Source: Methanobacteriota archaeon
Lineage (GTDB): Archaea; Thermoplasmatota; Poseidoniia; Poseidoniales; Poseidoniaceae
NCBI GenBank assembly: GCA_949514915.1
Contig: CATFLP010000067.1
Coordinates: forward strand, 1 to 57,741
Length of the DNA stretch: 57,741 bases
Reading direction: 5' to 3'
In this document: positions 35,623-43,781 of the stretch, in pieces
How positions within the stretch are numbered: the stretch's first letter is position 1
Layout of the letters: the number at the start of each line of letters is the position of its first letter
Translations under genes and position numbers: made by a program
Notes under the pieces: model-generated
Seen by the model: the letters and a program-made list of their open reading frames with translations, nothing else
Database searches by the model: none
What the model was told of the DNA's origin: nothing

Positions 35623-37155
35623 TTACATTAGGCCATCTACTCGGGCAAGTACTTGTTCGGGTCTTACATAATACTCAGTAATAATTTGAGAAACTTGGTC
35701 TGATTTTCTAATATCATTCAATACCATCCAATCAAGTACCCTCTTACGAGTTCTTAATTCCCTTCGCATTTCATCTTGTGAATAGTTGATTTTAACCATT
35801 ATTTTCTCTAAAACGTATGATTTCCCACTAAAGTCGAAATCATCTCTTGATGGATCCCATTTGAATACTTCATTTGTAATTATTTCCATTGAATTTGGGT
35901 CAATTCCTACAATCTCTACAAGTTGTTTACAACGTCGAACACGTTTCCCATTAATTCTTGTTTGTATTTGAATTGCACAAGCTTCTAATGCTGGAAGTAA
36001 TACACGAGGAATATCAATTGGTTTATTTTCTAATCTATGAACTAAAGACGGTACAGAGTCCGCGTGAACTGTTGAATATGCACAGTGACCAGTAGCCATT
36101 GCTTGAAACAACACATATGCTTCAGCACCACGAATCTCTCCCACTATGATATATTCTGGACGTTCTCTAAGTGCCGCTTTTAATAATTCGAACTCGCCTA
36201 TTTCACCTTCATTAGATTCCCCTCCGAAACCTTGTCTTGTTAAACCTGGAATCCAATTAGGTTGAGGAATATTAACTTCTCTTGTTGATTCAATACTTAC
36301 AATCTTCATTTGCCATGGAATAAAAATACACATAGCATTTAGTGTTGTAGTCTTACCTGATGCAGTACCACCTACATAAAGCATAGAAACTCCTTGTTGG
36401 AAAGCGACCCATAAATAAGCAACCATGAGACTGGTCATTGTTCTAAATGCGATAAGATCGCATGGAGAGAATGGATCATCACGGAAACGCCGAATACAAA
36501 ACGTTGAACCTCTTGTAGATATTTCATGCCCTAATTTCATGACAATCCTAGAACCATCCATCAAAGTAGCATCTAATAACGGTTCAGCAACAGAAATATG
36601 CTTACCACATCTTTGAGCAAGTTTGATGATATATGCTTCTAATTCTTCGTCTGTTTCCCATTTAATTGTTGTTTCAACTGATTCAAATTTTCTATGATAT
36701 CCAAAAATTGGAATATTTACTCCGTCAAGAGATACATCCTCAATATTTGGATCTGACATAAGCACATCCATCTTTCCATATCCCAATAAATCTCTTCTAA
36801 GATAATAAAATAATTTTGATTTTGATTTTTTATTAATTTTCATTCCATATGATTTTATTACTTTGTCCATAGATGTTCTAAGGTATGCACCTGCATCAGC
36901 CTCAATATCTTCAATACTAGCATTAAGACTTTTTACAAAAATCTCCATGATCTCTTGACGGTATTTTTCTTCTTTCTTTGACAATGGTGGTTCAATAACC
37001 TGATAGAGAATATTCAATGAACGCCTATCTCTAACAACTCTCGCAAAAGCATGAGGTGGTCTAACAGGATATTTGTCTAATTCATCATAATTTCTTTTAT
37101 CTGCACCAGCGTTTTTTCTTCGCCTTTGACCCTTTCCACGTCTCCTCCTAGCCAA
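35623..37155 (-). CDS. FlaI/PilB/TadA-family secretion ATPase of a type IV filament system
   Basis: Walker A GGTASGKTTTLNAM, Walker B/Asp box PEYIIVGEIRGAEA, His box GHCAYSTVHA. TTG start at 37155 is preceded by the SD-like GGGGTGAT (37159-37166 on the minus strand). Confidence 0.9.
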   Translation of the reverse strand: MARRRRGKGQRRRKNAGADKRNYDELDKYPVRPPHAFARVVRDRRSLNILYQVIEPPLSKKEEKYRQEIMEIFVKSLNASIEDIEADAGAYLRTSMDKVIKSYGMKINKKSKSKLFYYLRRDLLGYGKMDVLMSDPNIEDVSLDGVNIPIFGYHRKFESVETTIKWETDEELEAYIIKLAQRCGKHISVAEPLLDATLMDGSRIVMKLGHEISTRGSTFCIRRFRDDPFSPCDLIAFRTMTSLMVAYLWVAFQQGVSMLYVGGTASGKTTTLNAMCIFIPWQMKIVSIESTREVNIPQPNWIPGLTRQGFGGESNEGEIGEFELLKAALRERPEYIIVGEIRGAEAYVLFQAMATGHCAYSTVHADSVPSLVHRLENKPIDIPRVLLPALEACAIQIQTRINGKRVRRCKQLVEIVGIDPNSMEIITNEVFKWDPSRDDFDFSGKSYVLEKIMVKINYSQDEMRRELRTRKRVLDWMVLNDIRKSDQVSQIITEYYVRPEQVLARVDGLM

Positions 37156-37240
37156 TTAATCACCCCGATACAGTTACCGCACCCATCCAATCCCACTATA
37201 ACCTTTAGTTGAAATTTAATCAATTGGCCCCTTGATTCAC

Positions 37241-37270
37241 TGTTTTTAAGTTCCTCGGAACTCAAAAACA
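37241..37270 (-). terminator. Near-perfect 13-14 bp hairpin with T5/A5 arms immediately after the stop of the 1946-aa gene
   Basis: Minus-strand sequence TGTTTTTGAGTTCC GA GGAACTTAAAAACA begins 1 nt after the TGA at 37272-37274. It lies 85 nt upstream of the ATPase start. Its role, terminator/attenuator or processing site, is inferred. Confidence 0.45.
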
Positions 37271-37271
37271 A

Positions 37272-40200
37272 TCAATCATATTCCCAAAGGTCATCCTCCT
37301 GTTCTTGCCTTTCACGATATATCTTTCTTTCTTCTGCTGTAACAAAACCATCACCATCTAAATCTGCTGGATGAAGTGATGGACGTCTTGGCCCACCAGA
37401 TTCTTTGATCTTATATCCTGAATCATTTGAACCTCTACGAGGAGGTCCTTTGCGTCCTCGTCCCTTACCAGGAGGGCCCTTTCTACGCATTTGTGAAAGT
37501 TCATCTTGCAATCCTGCTACTGCTTCCCTAGTTCCTTCCATTTCTTCTAACATTCTTTCATGCGATTCTCTCATAGATTCTTCTTCTGCTGCAACTTGTC
37601 TTGCATGAGTAGCCATATCCATTTCTCCAAGTTCTATTGCTCTAGTTTCAATAAGTTCCATTAAATCTCCAAATCCACCAGGTGGTAATAGATTCTTTTC
37701 ATTATCTTTAGTAATTCTTCTTTCAAGGTTTTCTAATTCTCTACGACTCCTTGCTAATCTTATTTCTGAGGTATATTTCTCAACACGGCGTGATTTACCA
37801 GCCAATGTTCGCCGCCCAACAAATCTAATTACCCCAAACATCATACCTAAAGCTGCAAACATAATTTCTAATGTACCATCAGGAAGCCCAAGAAGTGAAT
37901 CTATATTCAAAATAAAATCTAATGCAGCTGCTAATTGTGGAGGAAGTGCAGCTAATGATGAACATCCTACATCATTAACTTCTATTCCTTCTTCTGTATC
38001 TGGACACTCATCTAAGACATTTCCATCTGAATCAAAATCATTAACCCCATCGCCATCAGTATCTAATGCAGTTTCATTTGCTGTTTCATTTGCAGTTTCA
38101 TTTACGGTATCATTTACAGTGTCGTTGTTAGTTCCATTTAATGGATCATCAGGGAAACTAATTACACAACCATTAGAATCTACAAGATTGCCTGAAAGTG
38201 TATTTGGACATGTGTCAGCATTATTTCCAACACCATCATTATCATCATCAAATTGTTCTGAAGAATCTTCAGGGAATGCATCTTCTTGATCAGGAACTCC
38301 ATCTCCATCCATGTCATTGTAAATCGGACAACCATTGAACGAATCTACTTCCGTACCATTTGGGGTTTGTGAACACTGATCATATGAATCTGCAACACCA
38401 TCATTATCTTGGTCTGGGAATGATGTTTCACATCCAAACTCATCTACTATTGCACCTAACCTTGTTAATAGGCAATCATCATCAACATCAGTCCTTCCAT
38501 CATTATCATCGTCAACATCTTCGGTGTCATCATTACAACCATCATGATCATAATCTGAATCCCCACTCCAAGAATCCCAATTAAACTGTCCTTTAGGACA
38601 ACTGTCATCTTCATCATTTATGCCATCATTATCATCATCCCAATCTTCAGTACTATCAAAACAACCATCATTGTCATGATCTGTAATAGGATCAGAAACC
38701 CAATCATTTTCTCCGAAATAACAATTATCTTCCCCATTATTTTTGCCGTCATTATCGAAATCAAAATTATACCAATTTGATTTGGCTTCAAATATCTCAA
38801 ATTCACTAATTTTCAAATTTAACTCAAAATTAACACATTTGAACATTACTTTTTGACCATGTATCGGGTAAAAATGGAAGAAATTTGATTGTTCATTTAA
38901 TTCATAATTAAGATACATCACTTGATTCCAACCATCTTGTTCGTTCCATACTTTAACTTCTCCATCAAAGAAATATGAATCATATATTGTAGCCCAATCG
39001 ATTTTCATTGCGCCAATAAAGTGCTCTTCTCCTAAATCAATCATTACATCTTGAGGACAATCTCCCTCTGATTCCCAATATGTACTGAAATCATCATCGA
39101 TTGCGTTTACTATCACATTAATCCCATTTTGAGAAGTAGATGCTATTTCTGCATCATCTGTTAAATCATCTAGATAGTAAGCATCCATAATTCCATCAAT
39201 TGGGCCTCCTTGATTATTTTGCCAAGAATGTACTTGAACTTCGCTAAGTTGAATATTTGAATCTGAATCTGTACAAGTTATCCTAATTTTACTAGCTTCA
39301 ATTTTATGAAATAAATGATGAATCATATGGCTATCTTCAGGATCTGTAAGAACATCCATATTTACAATTGCTAATTCTTTCCAAATAGAATTTTCATCAA
39401 ATGCAAATATCTTGTATTCATTAGGAGTTGATTCCCCCCACCTTAAAGAAACTCCCGAAATTATTTGAAATTCTTGAGTTGGTGTATTATAAAGTTCTAT
39501 GACTATCTCTTGATCTTCATCAACACAATTATCAATTGATGTCCATTGAGTTTCGAAATCATCATCAATAGCTTTAGTACCATCTTCACCAGAAATCATA
39601 CTAGTTACTGATGTTGAACCACCATTTACATCCGAATCCCAATCTACTTCTTGAGAATTTACTACATTATCAGAAATTAACATACATCCAGTTGAACGTT
39701 CTAAAGTACCACCAGTTGCTGCATCCTCAAGATTAAATTCAAAGCAATATGTGTGATAGGGTTCAAAACCATCAAATTGAGTGTTGTAAAATGCTTGCCC
39801 ATTAGAATCTAAGTTAATTATTCCTGTTTGACCTGAAACCTCAAACTGAAAATTATCAACATCATCTACACTTGTAACATCAAAATATACAATTACTTGA
39901 TCTATTGAATCTTCACCAATAGATACATGTAAATCTAAATAAATTTTATCTTCATTTGGGTTCCAAACTATATCTGGTTGAAGTTGAGGAGGTTGATCTG
40001 AAGTACTTCCTTCGTGGTAAGTGATATGACCATAATTAGAATCATACCCATCTGGTTTACAACTATCATCTCCCCATGGTTCATGGAGATGATCTGTTTC
40101 AGATTCTAAATCTTGAGGGGGATTAGTTCCTTGTAAAGCCACCCATTTTTCTTCGCCATCCAAAAGATGGGCAAGATAAAAAGCCCAACCAAAACCTTCT

Positions 40201-43112
40201 GAACCGTCTAAATTCTCACCTTTATACCAATAAACATCATCTCCTTCACCTTCAATTATCTTAGTCAGATCATTTGGATCCGCTAGATAACCTACACTAG
40301 GGAAATAACGACCATTCATTGTTGATTCAATAGAATTTTGAACAATCAAATAATCTCCAGATCCATAACAAAGGTCGTCATCTGATGTCTGTGCTTCTTC
40401 TACATTCATATTTTCACAGATTCCATCTAAACTGACAGTATCTGTTGAAGCTTGCTCCCTAATTTCAACATGAATACAATAATCAAGTTCACCTGTTGGG
40501 AAACTAAGTTCAATGAATTCACCTATACCCTCAGAATTTGCTTCTAAATCAATCATTGGATTATGAGAATGTGTCCATAAAAGTTGATTATTTTCAGGAT
40601 TAGTGATTTGTAGAATATAATTAAATTCATGTAATCCCGTAAATGAAGAATCTCCATTATTATTCGATGGCAATTCTACGAAAATTCCTAAATTTACTGC
40701 GTCAATTCCATCATTATTGTAATCTCCCCATTCCCAATCTAATGAAATATCTAAATTTTTCAATTCATCTGTTGACCACATGAATCCTGCTTCAGTACAA
40801 GTTATTTCTGTTGCATAAGAACCTTCAATATCTTTATTCTGATAATCATAACAGAATTCAATTTCATTATTATCATCGCCTGAACCGCAGGTTCCATCTT
40901 CATCTAAAACCCATGCATCTGGATCTAATGGTGCGCAATCATCAGCATCAGAAACTCCATCGTTATCGTCATCAGCATCTGCATTGTTTCCCGTACCATC
41001 TGCATCTGCATCAGAGTGTTCAAAAGGATCTAATGGGAAAACATCAGCAGAGTCATCAATACCATCTCCATCTGTATCAAAATTATTTGGGTTGGTTCCC
41101 AAATCATATTCTTCCATATTCGATAAATCATCTCCATCTAAATCTTCAGCATCATCTTCAATTCCATCTCCATCAGTATCTGTGGAACCTGGATCAAGGC
41201 CGTAATTACTTTCCCATGAATCTGGTAAACCGTCACCATCAGAATCTGTTGAACTAGATTGAGAACCTAATATTGTAAATCCTTCAGGTGGTTCATATGT
41301 TAGAATATCTCCAGTAACTAAGTGTACACTATTACCACTTGAAGGGGTAACTGAAAATGCAGGATAAACTTCTGAGCCTGCTAAATTGTTATTTCCATGA
41401 GCATCGTCCCATTCTGCAACCACTCCAGCTTGATTTGTACCAAATATAGGATGGGCACCTGAATCAGGAGATGAACCAGCAGAACCTGGCCAAATTCCAT
41501 TTTTGGAGTACCACATTACCCCATCGTCCATATCTACAGCAATTCCTATCGTCACTCCCAGATCTGTATCCCAACAATCAAGTATAGAACAACCAACATA
41601 TTGTGCTTCTGACTCATGATACACAAAACCTCCCGAATCAATACCCCAACCAAAAGCATCTGTTCCAATTCCAGTAGTACCTACATTCAAATTCATACCA
41701 GTATGAATACCAACAATCATCGAGTTTGATTGGCCTGAATTACGAACTATGTCATATTCCCAATACCATTTTCCAGTTTCTGGGATTGGTGTATCTCCAA
41801 TAATTTCACCAACACCTGAATGTGAATATGTGGCCCATTCTCCATTAGGGCTGAAACTAGCTCCAGGTGCATAGTTACCATAATCCCAACATAATCGAGT
41901 ACAAGCTGGAGTCTGAGAGGGGCCAAATACATCTGTGACTGAATATCCATAAGTTGAGGAATCATCGGCTTCTTGAAATTCGAAAGCATAACAATACATG
42001 TCACCAAAATGAAGTTCAACTGGATCTGCCCCAGTCCAATTTGCTCCAATCACAAAATCTCCGAAAGTGACGGCATCTGTAGTGGCTTGGGTTGAAGGTG
42101 CTGCATATGTGCCGCTTACTTCAATCAAAGGTTCATTATTTCCATAAAAACCGCATTGATTTTGTACATGTTCATATGCCTTATGAGAAAAATCATAATA
42201 TGTATTTGCTGTTAAATTACTAACAATACTCTGAGCAGACATTAACCCTGTAATAGAATCTTGGGGAGTTACGAGAGAGGCTGTAATTGAAGGGAGTGTG
42301 TTAGAAGGCCCTCCCCCATTTGGAGGTTCTCCAGAACACCCAGTTATTAATGAATCAAGAAGCAAACTATTTCCTGTTTGAACTACCTCATATAAATCAT
42401 ATGTCAATGTATAATTTCCAGTTTGATGGTTTGGAAACGAAAGTTCTTCATAAAATGATGTTGAATTTAATGGCACATTTAAACTACCAGTTTGTAAAAC
42501 ATTGTTCATATTTGTACAATCTTTTAAAGCAAATTCTACAAGATATTCTTTATCGTTTTCAAGAAATTGAATATGAATATCTCCTTCGGGGAAAGTAGCC
42601 ATTTGCTTTGAAATTTCAAGTTGATCTTCAACTTGTCCTTGGTTAATACAATAAGAACCCATAGAAGCAGGGCCAATAGGATATACTGTATGTTGTGATG
42701 AGCCCCCATCATTATCTAAAATACACATAGAAGAAAACCATGTTTGAGTATCTAAATTTGTTGTCACAATAGACCAATTAAGATTATTTCCTCCTGCAGA
42801 ACCATCATCATAAATTACAACTGATTTATCCCAAGAAGCATCTATGTATGTATGGTATTGCGATCCTTCTAAACCAGCAGAAGATTGAGAAAAAGCCACA
42901 TAATTGTAAGTTGAGCGATAAAAGTCACCGCCCCACAAATTATTTGTTCCCGTATCAACGATAACTACTTTTTCAACAGTATTACTTTCATATGAGAGAC
43001 TTCCTCCCAATAATTCGGCTCTTCCTTCTACTGCACTAGCCATAGGCGTTAATGGAGTTATAAACATTAAAAATATTACAAAAAATAGCGTCGGGAATCT
43101 AGAACTTTTCAT
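37272..43112 (-). CDS. Giant bitopic surface adhesin (1946 aa): signal peptide, SPRY-like domain, thrombospondin type 3 Ca-binding repeats, two discoidin(F5/8 type C)-like domains, N-x-T stalk, TM anchor, ~190-aa cytoplasmic tail
   Basis: Signal peptide MKSSRFPTLFFVIFLMFITPLTPMASA. SPRY signature TGKWYWEYDI..FGWGIDSGG..IGIAVDMDDGVMWYSKNG..VYPAFSV (~41300-41860). Many DxDxDGxxDxxD repeats. AIDDDFETQWTS and AIDDDFSTYWES (~38800-39600). TM helix LEIMFAALGMMFGVIRFV (~37830-37890). The tail has a coiled coil, an RG/P-rich patch and DLDGDGFVTAEE. Confidence 0.9.
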   Translation of the reverse strand: MKSSRFPTLFFVIFLMFITPLTPMASAVEGRAELLGGSLSYESNTVEKVVIVDTGTNNLWGGDFYRSTYNYVAFSQSSAGLEGSQYHTYIDASWDKSVVIYDDGSAGGNNLNWSIVTTNLDTQTWFSSMCILDNDGGSSQHTVYPIGPASMGSYCINQGQVEDQLEISKQMATFPEGDIHIQFLENDKEYLVEFALKDCTNMNNVLQTGSLNVPLNSTSFYEELSFPNHQTGNYTLTYDLYEVVQTGNSLLLDSLITGCSGEPPNGGGPSNTLPSITASLVTPQDSITGLMSAQSIVSNLTANTYYDFSHKAYEHVQNQCGFYGNNEPLIEVSGTYAAPSTQATTDAVTFGDFVIGANWTGADPVELHFGDMYCYAFEFQEADDSSTYGYSVTDVFGPSQTPACTRLCWDYGNYAPGASFSPNGEWATYSHSGVGEIIGDTPIPETGKWYWEYDIVRNSGQSNSMIVGIHTGMNLNVGTTGIGTDAFGWGIDSGGFVYHESEAQYVGCSILDCWDTDLGVTIGIAVDMDDGVMWYSKNGIWPGSAGSSPDSGAHPIFGTNQAGVVAEWDDAHGNNNLAGSEVYPAFSVTPSSGNSVHLVTGDILTYEPPEGFTILGSQSSSTDSDGDGLPDSWESNYGLDPGSTDTDGDGIEDDAEDLDGDDLSNMEEYDLGTNPNNFDTDGDGIDDSADVFPLDPFEHSDADADGTGNNADADDDNDGVSDADDCAPLDPDAWVLDEDGTCGSGDDNNEIEFCYDYQNKDIEGSYATEITCTEAGFMWSTDELKNLDISLDWEWGDYNNDGIDAVNLGIFVELPSNNNGDSSFTGLHEFNYILQITNPENNQLLWTHSHNPMIDLEANSEGIGEFIELSFPTGELDYCIHVEIREQASTDTVSLDGICENMNVEEAQTSDDDLCYGSGDYLIVQNSIESTMNGRYFPSVGYLADPNDLTKIIEGEGDDVYWYKGENLDGSEGFGWAFYLAHLLDGEEKWVALQGTNPPQDLESETDHLHEPWGDDSCKPDGYDSNYGHITYHEGSTSDQPPQLQPDIVWNPNEDKIYLDLHVSIGEDSIDQVIVYFDVTSVDDVDNFQFEVSGQTGIINLDSNGQAFYNTQFDGFEPYHTYCFEFNLEDAATGGTLERSTGCMLISDNVVNSQEVDWDSDVNGGSTSVTSMISGEDGTKAIDDDFETQWTSIDNCVDEDQEIVIELYNTPTQEFQIISGVSLRWGESTPNEYKIFAFDENSIWKELAIVNMDVLTDPEDSHMIHHLFHKIEASKIRITCTDSDSNIQLSEVQVHSWQNNQGGPIDGIMDAYYLDDLTDDAEIASTSQNGINVIVNAIDDDFSTYWESEGDCPQDVMIDLGEEHFIGAMKIDWATIYDSYFFDGEVKVWNEQDGWNQVMYLNYELNEQSNFFHFYPIHGQKVMFKCVNFELNLKISEFEIFEAKSNWYNFDFDNDGKNNGEDNCYFGENDWVSDPITDHDNDGCFDSTEDWDDDNDGINDEDDSCPKGQFNWDSWSGDSDYDHDGCNDDTEDVDDDNDGRTDVDDDCLLTRLGAIVDEFGCETSFPDQDNDGVADSYDQCSQTPNGTEVDSFNGCPIYNDMDGDGVPDQEDAFPEDSSEQFDDDNDGVGNNADTCPNTLSGNLVDSNGCVISFPDDPLNGTNNDTVNDTVNETANETANETALDTDGDGVNDFDSDGNVLDECPDTEEGIEVNDVGCSSLAALPPQLAAALDFILNIDSLLGLPDGTLEIMFAALGMMFGVIRFVGRRTLAGKSRRVEKYTSEIRLARSRRELENLERRITKDNEKNLLPPGGFGDLMELIETRAIELGEMDMATHARQVAAEEESMRESHERMLEEMEGTREAVAGLQDELSQMRRKGPPGKGRGRKGPPRRGSNDSGYKIKESGGPRRPSLHPADLDGDGFVTAEERKIYRERQEQEDDLWEYD
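38068..38139 (-). repeat. Six tandem 12-nt units inside the adhesin gene, encoding consecutive N-x-T sequons
   Basis: + strand units are gcagtttcattt / gctgtttcattt / gcagtttcattt / acggtatcattt / acagtgtcgttg / ttagttccattt. They translate on the minus strand to NGTN NDTV NDTV NETA NETA NETA. Confidence 0.8.
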
Positions 43113-43185
43113 ATTACGGCACCTGCTGTTAAGGGATGAGGGATTATCCCTAGTATAACCTTCTATTACTAAGTTTATATTAAAA

Positions 43186-43746
43186 TTAGGATTTTATTGA
43201 AGACAACCAACTATTAAAATCTATTTTTAATTGTTCTAATGTTGAATTATTTTCGATTTTATATTCTGCATTCTCAATTAAATCACCTAATCCCCATTTT
43301 CGTTCTCTGGTATTTCTTGTTGCAAAATCTTGCCGATCTCCATCTTCTCCTCTACCTCTAAGCAAGATTCTTTGCCATCTTGTATCTTCATCTGAAACAA
43401 TAGCTAATAGTGAAAATAGTTCACCCCATTGTTGTTTGAAAACATCAGCTTCTGCAGTACCTCTAATTCCTTCAATCATAATAATTGGTGCAGATGTATG
43501 AGACAATGCTTCAACCGAGGGTACTAATCTCTCTGCCAATATCTGTTCACCAAATTGACTACGTAAAGAAACTACAACTAGGCCAATATTTCCTGGTGTT
43601 TCTTCCAAACCCCTACGTTCTGCTTCTGCTCTAATCATATCCCCCATACTTAATACTGGAATTCCATTTTGATTAGCAAGTTTGCTTACCTCTCCTTTAC
43701 CTGAGCCAGGCATTCCACAAATTGCCACAATTTTTGGATACATATA
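43186..43746 (-). CDS. UPF0200-type P-loop nucleotide kinase (adenylate/dephospho-CoA-kinase-like)
   Basis: KIVAICGMPGSGKGEVSKLANQNGIPVLSMGDMIRAEAERRGLE matches the archaeal UPF0200 pattern. The start is probably ATG 43746 or 43740. Confidence 0.6.
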   Translation of the reverse strand, partial: YMYPKIVAICGMPGSGKGEVSKLANQNGIPVLSMGDMIRAEAERRGLEETPGNIGLVVVSLRSQFGEQILAERLVPSVEALSHTSAPIIMIEGIRGTAEADVFKQQWGELFSLLAIVSDEDTRWQRILLRGRGEDGDRQDFATRNTRERKWGLGDLIENAEYKIENNSTLEQLKIDFNSWLSSIKS

Positions 43747-43781
43747 CATCTCGCCTTTTGATTGGAATTCAATCAAGACCA

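Noticed and set aside
32044-37155. Interpreting the filament locus as an archaellum operon
   Set aside because: No archaellin (FlaB/FlaA) genes and no FlaC/D/E, FlaF, FlaG or FlaH homologues are present. The platform is also split in two. A pilus-type system fits better.
37077-37271. 64-aa minus-strand ORF filling the adhesin-ATPase spacer and overlapping the ATPase start
   Set aside because: It starts within the terminator-like hairpin and overlaps the ATPase gene out of frame by ~80 nt. It also runs through the SD-like element that serves the ATPase start. No supporting motif was found beyond a chance CGNC.
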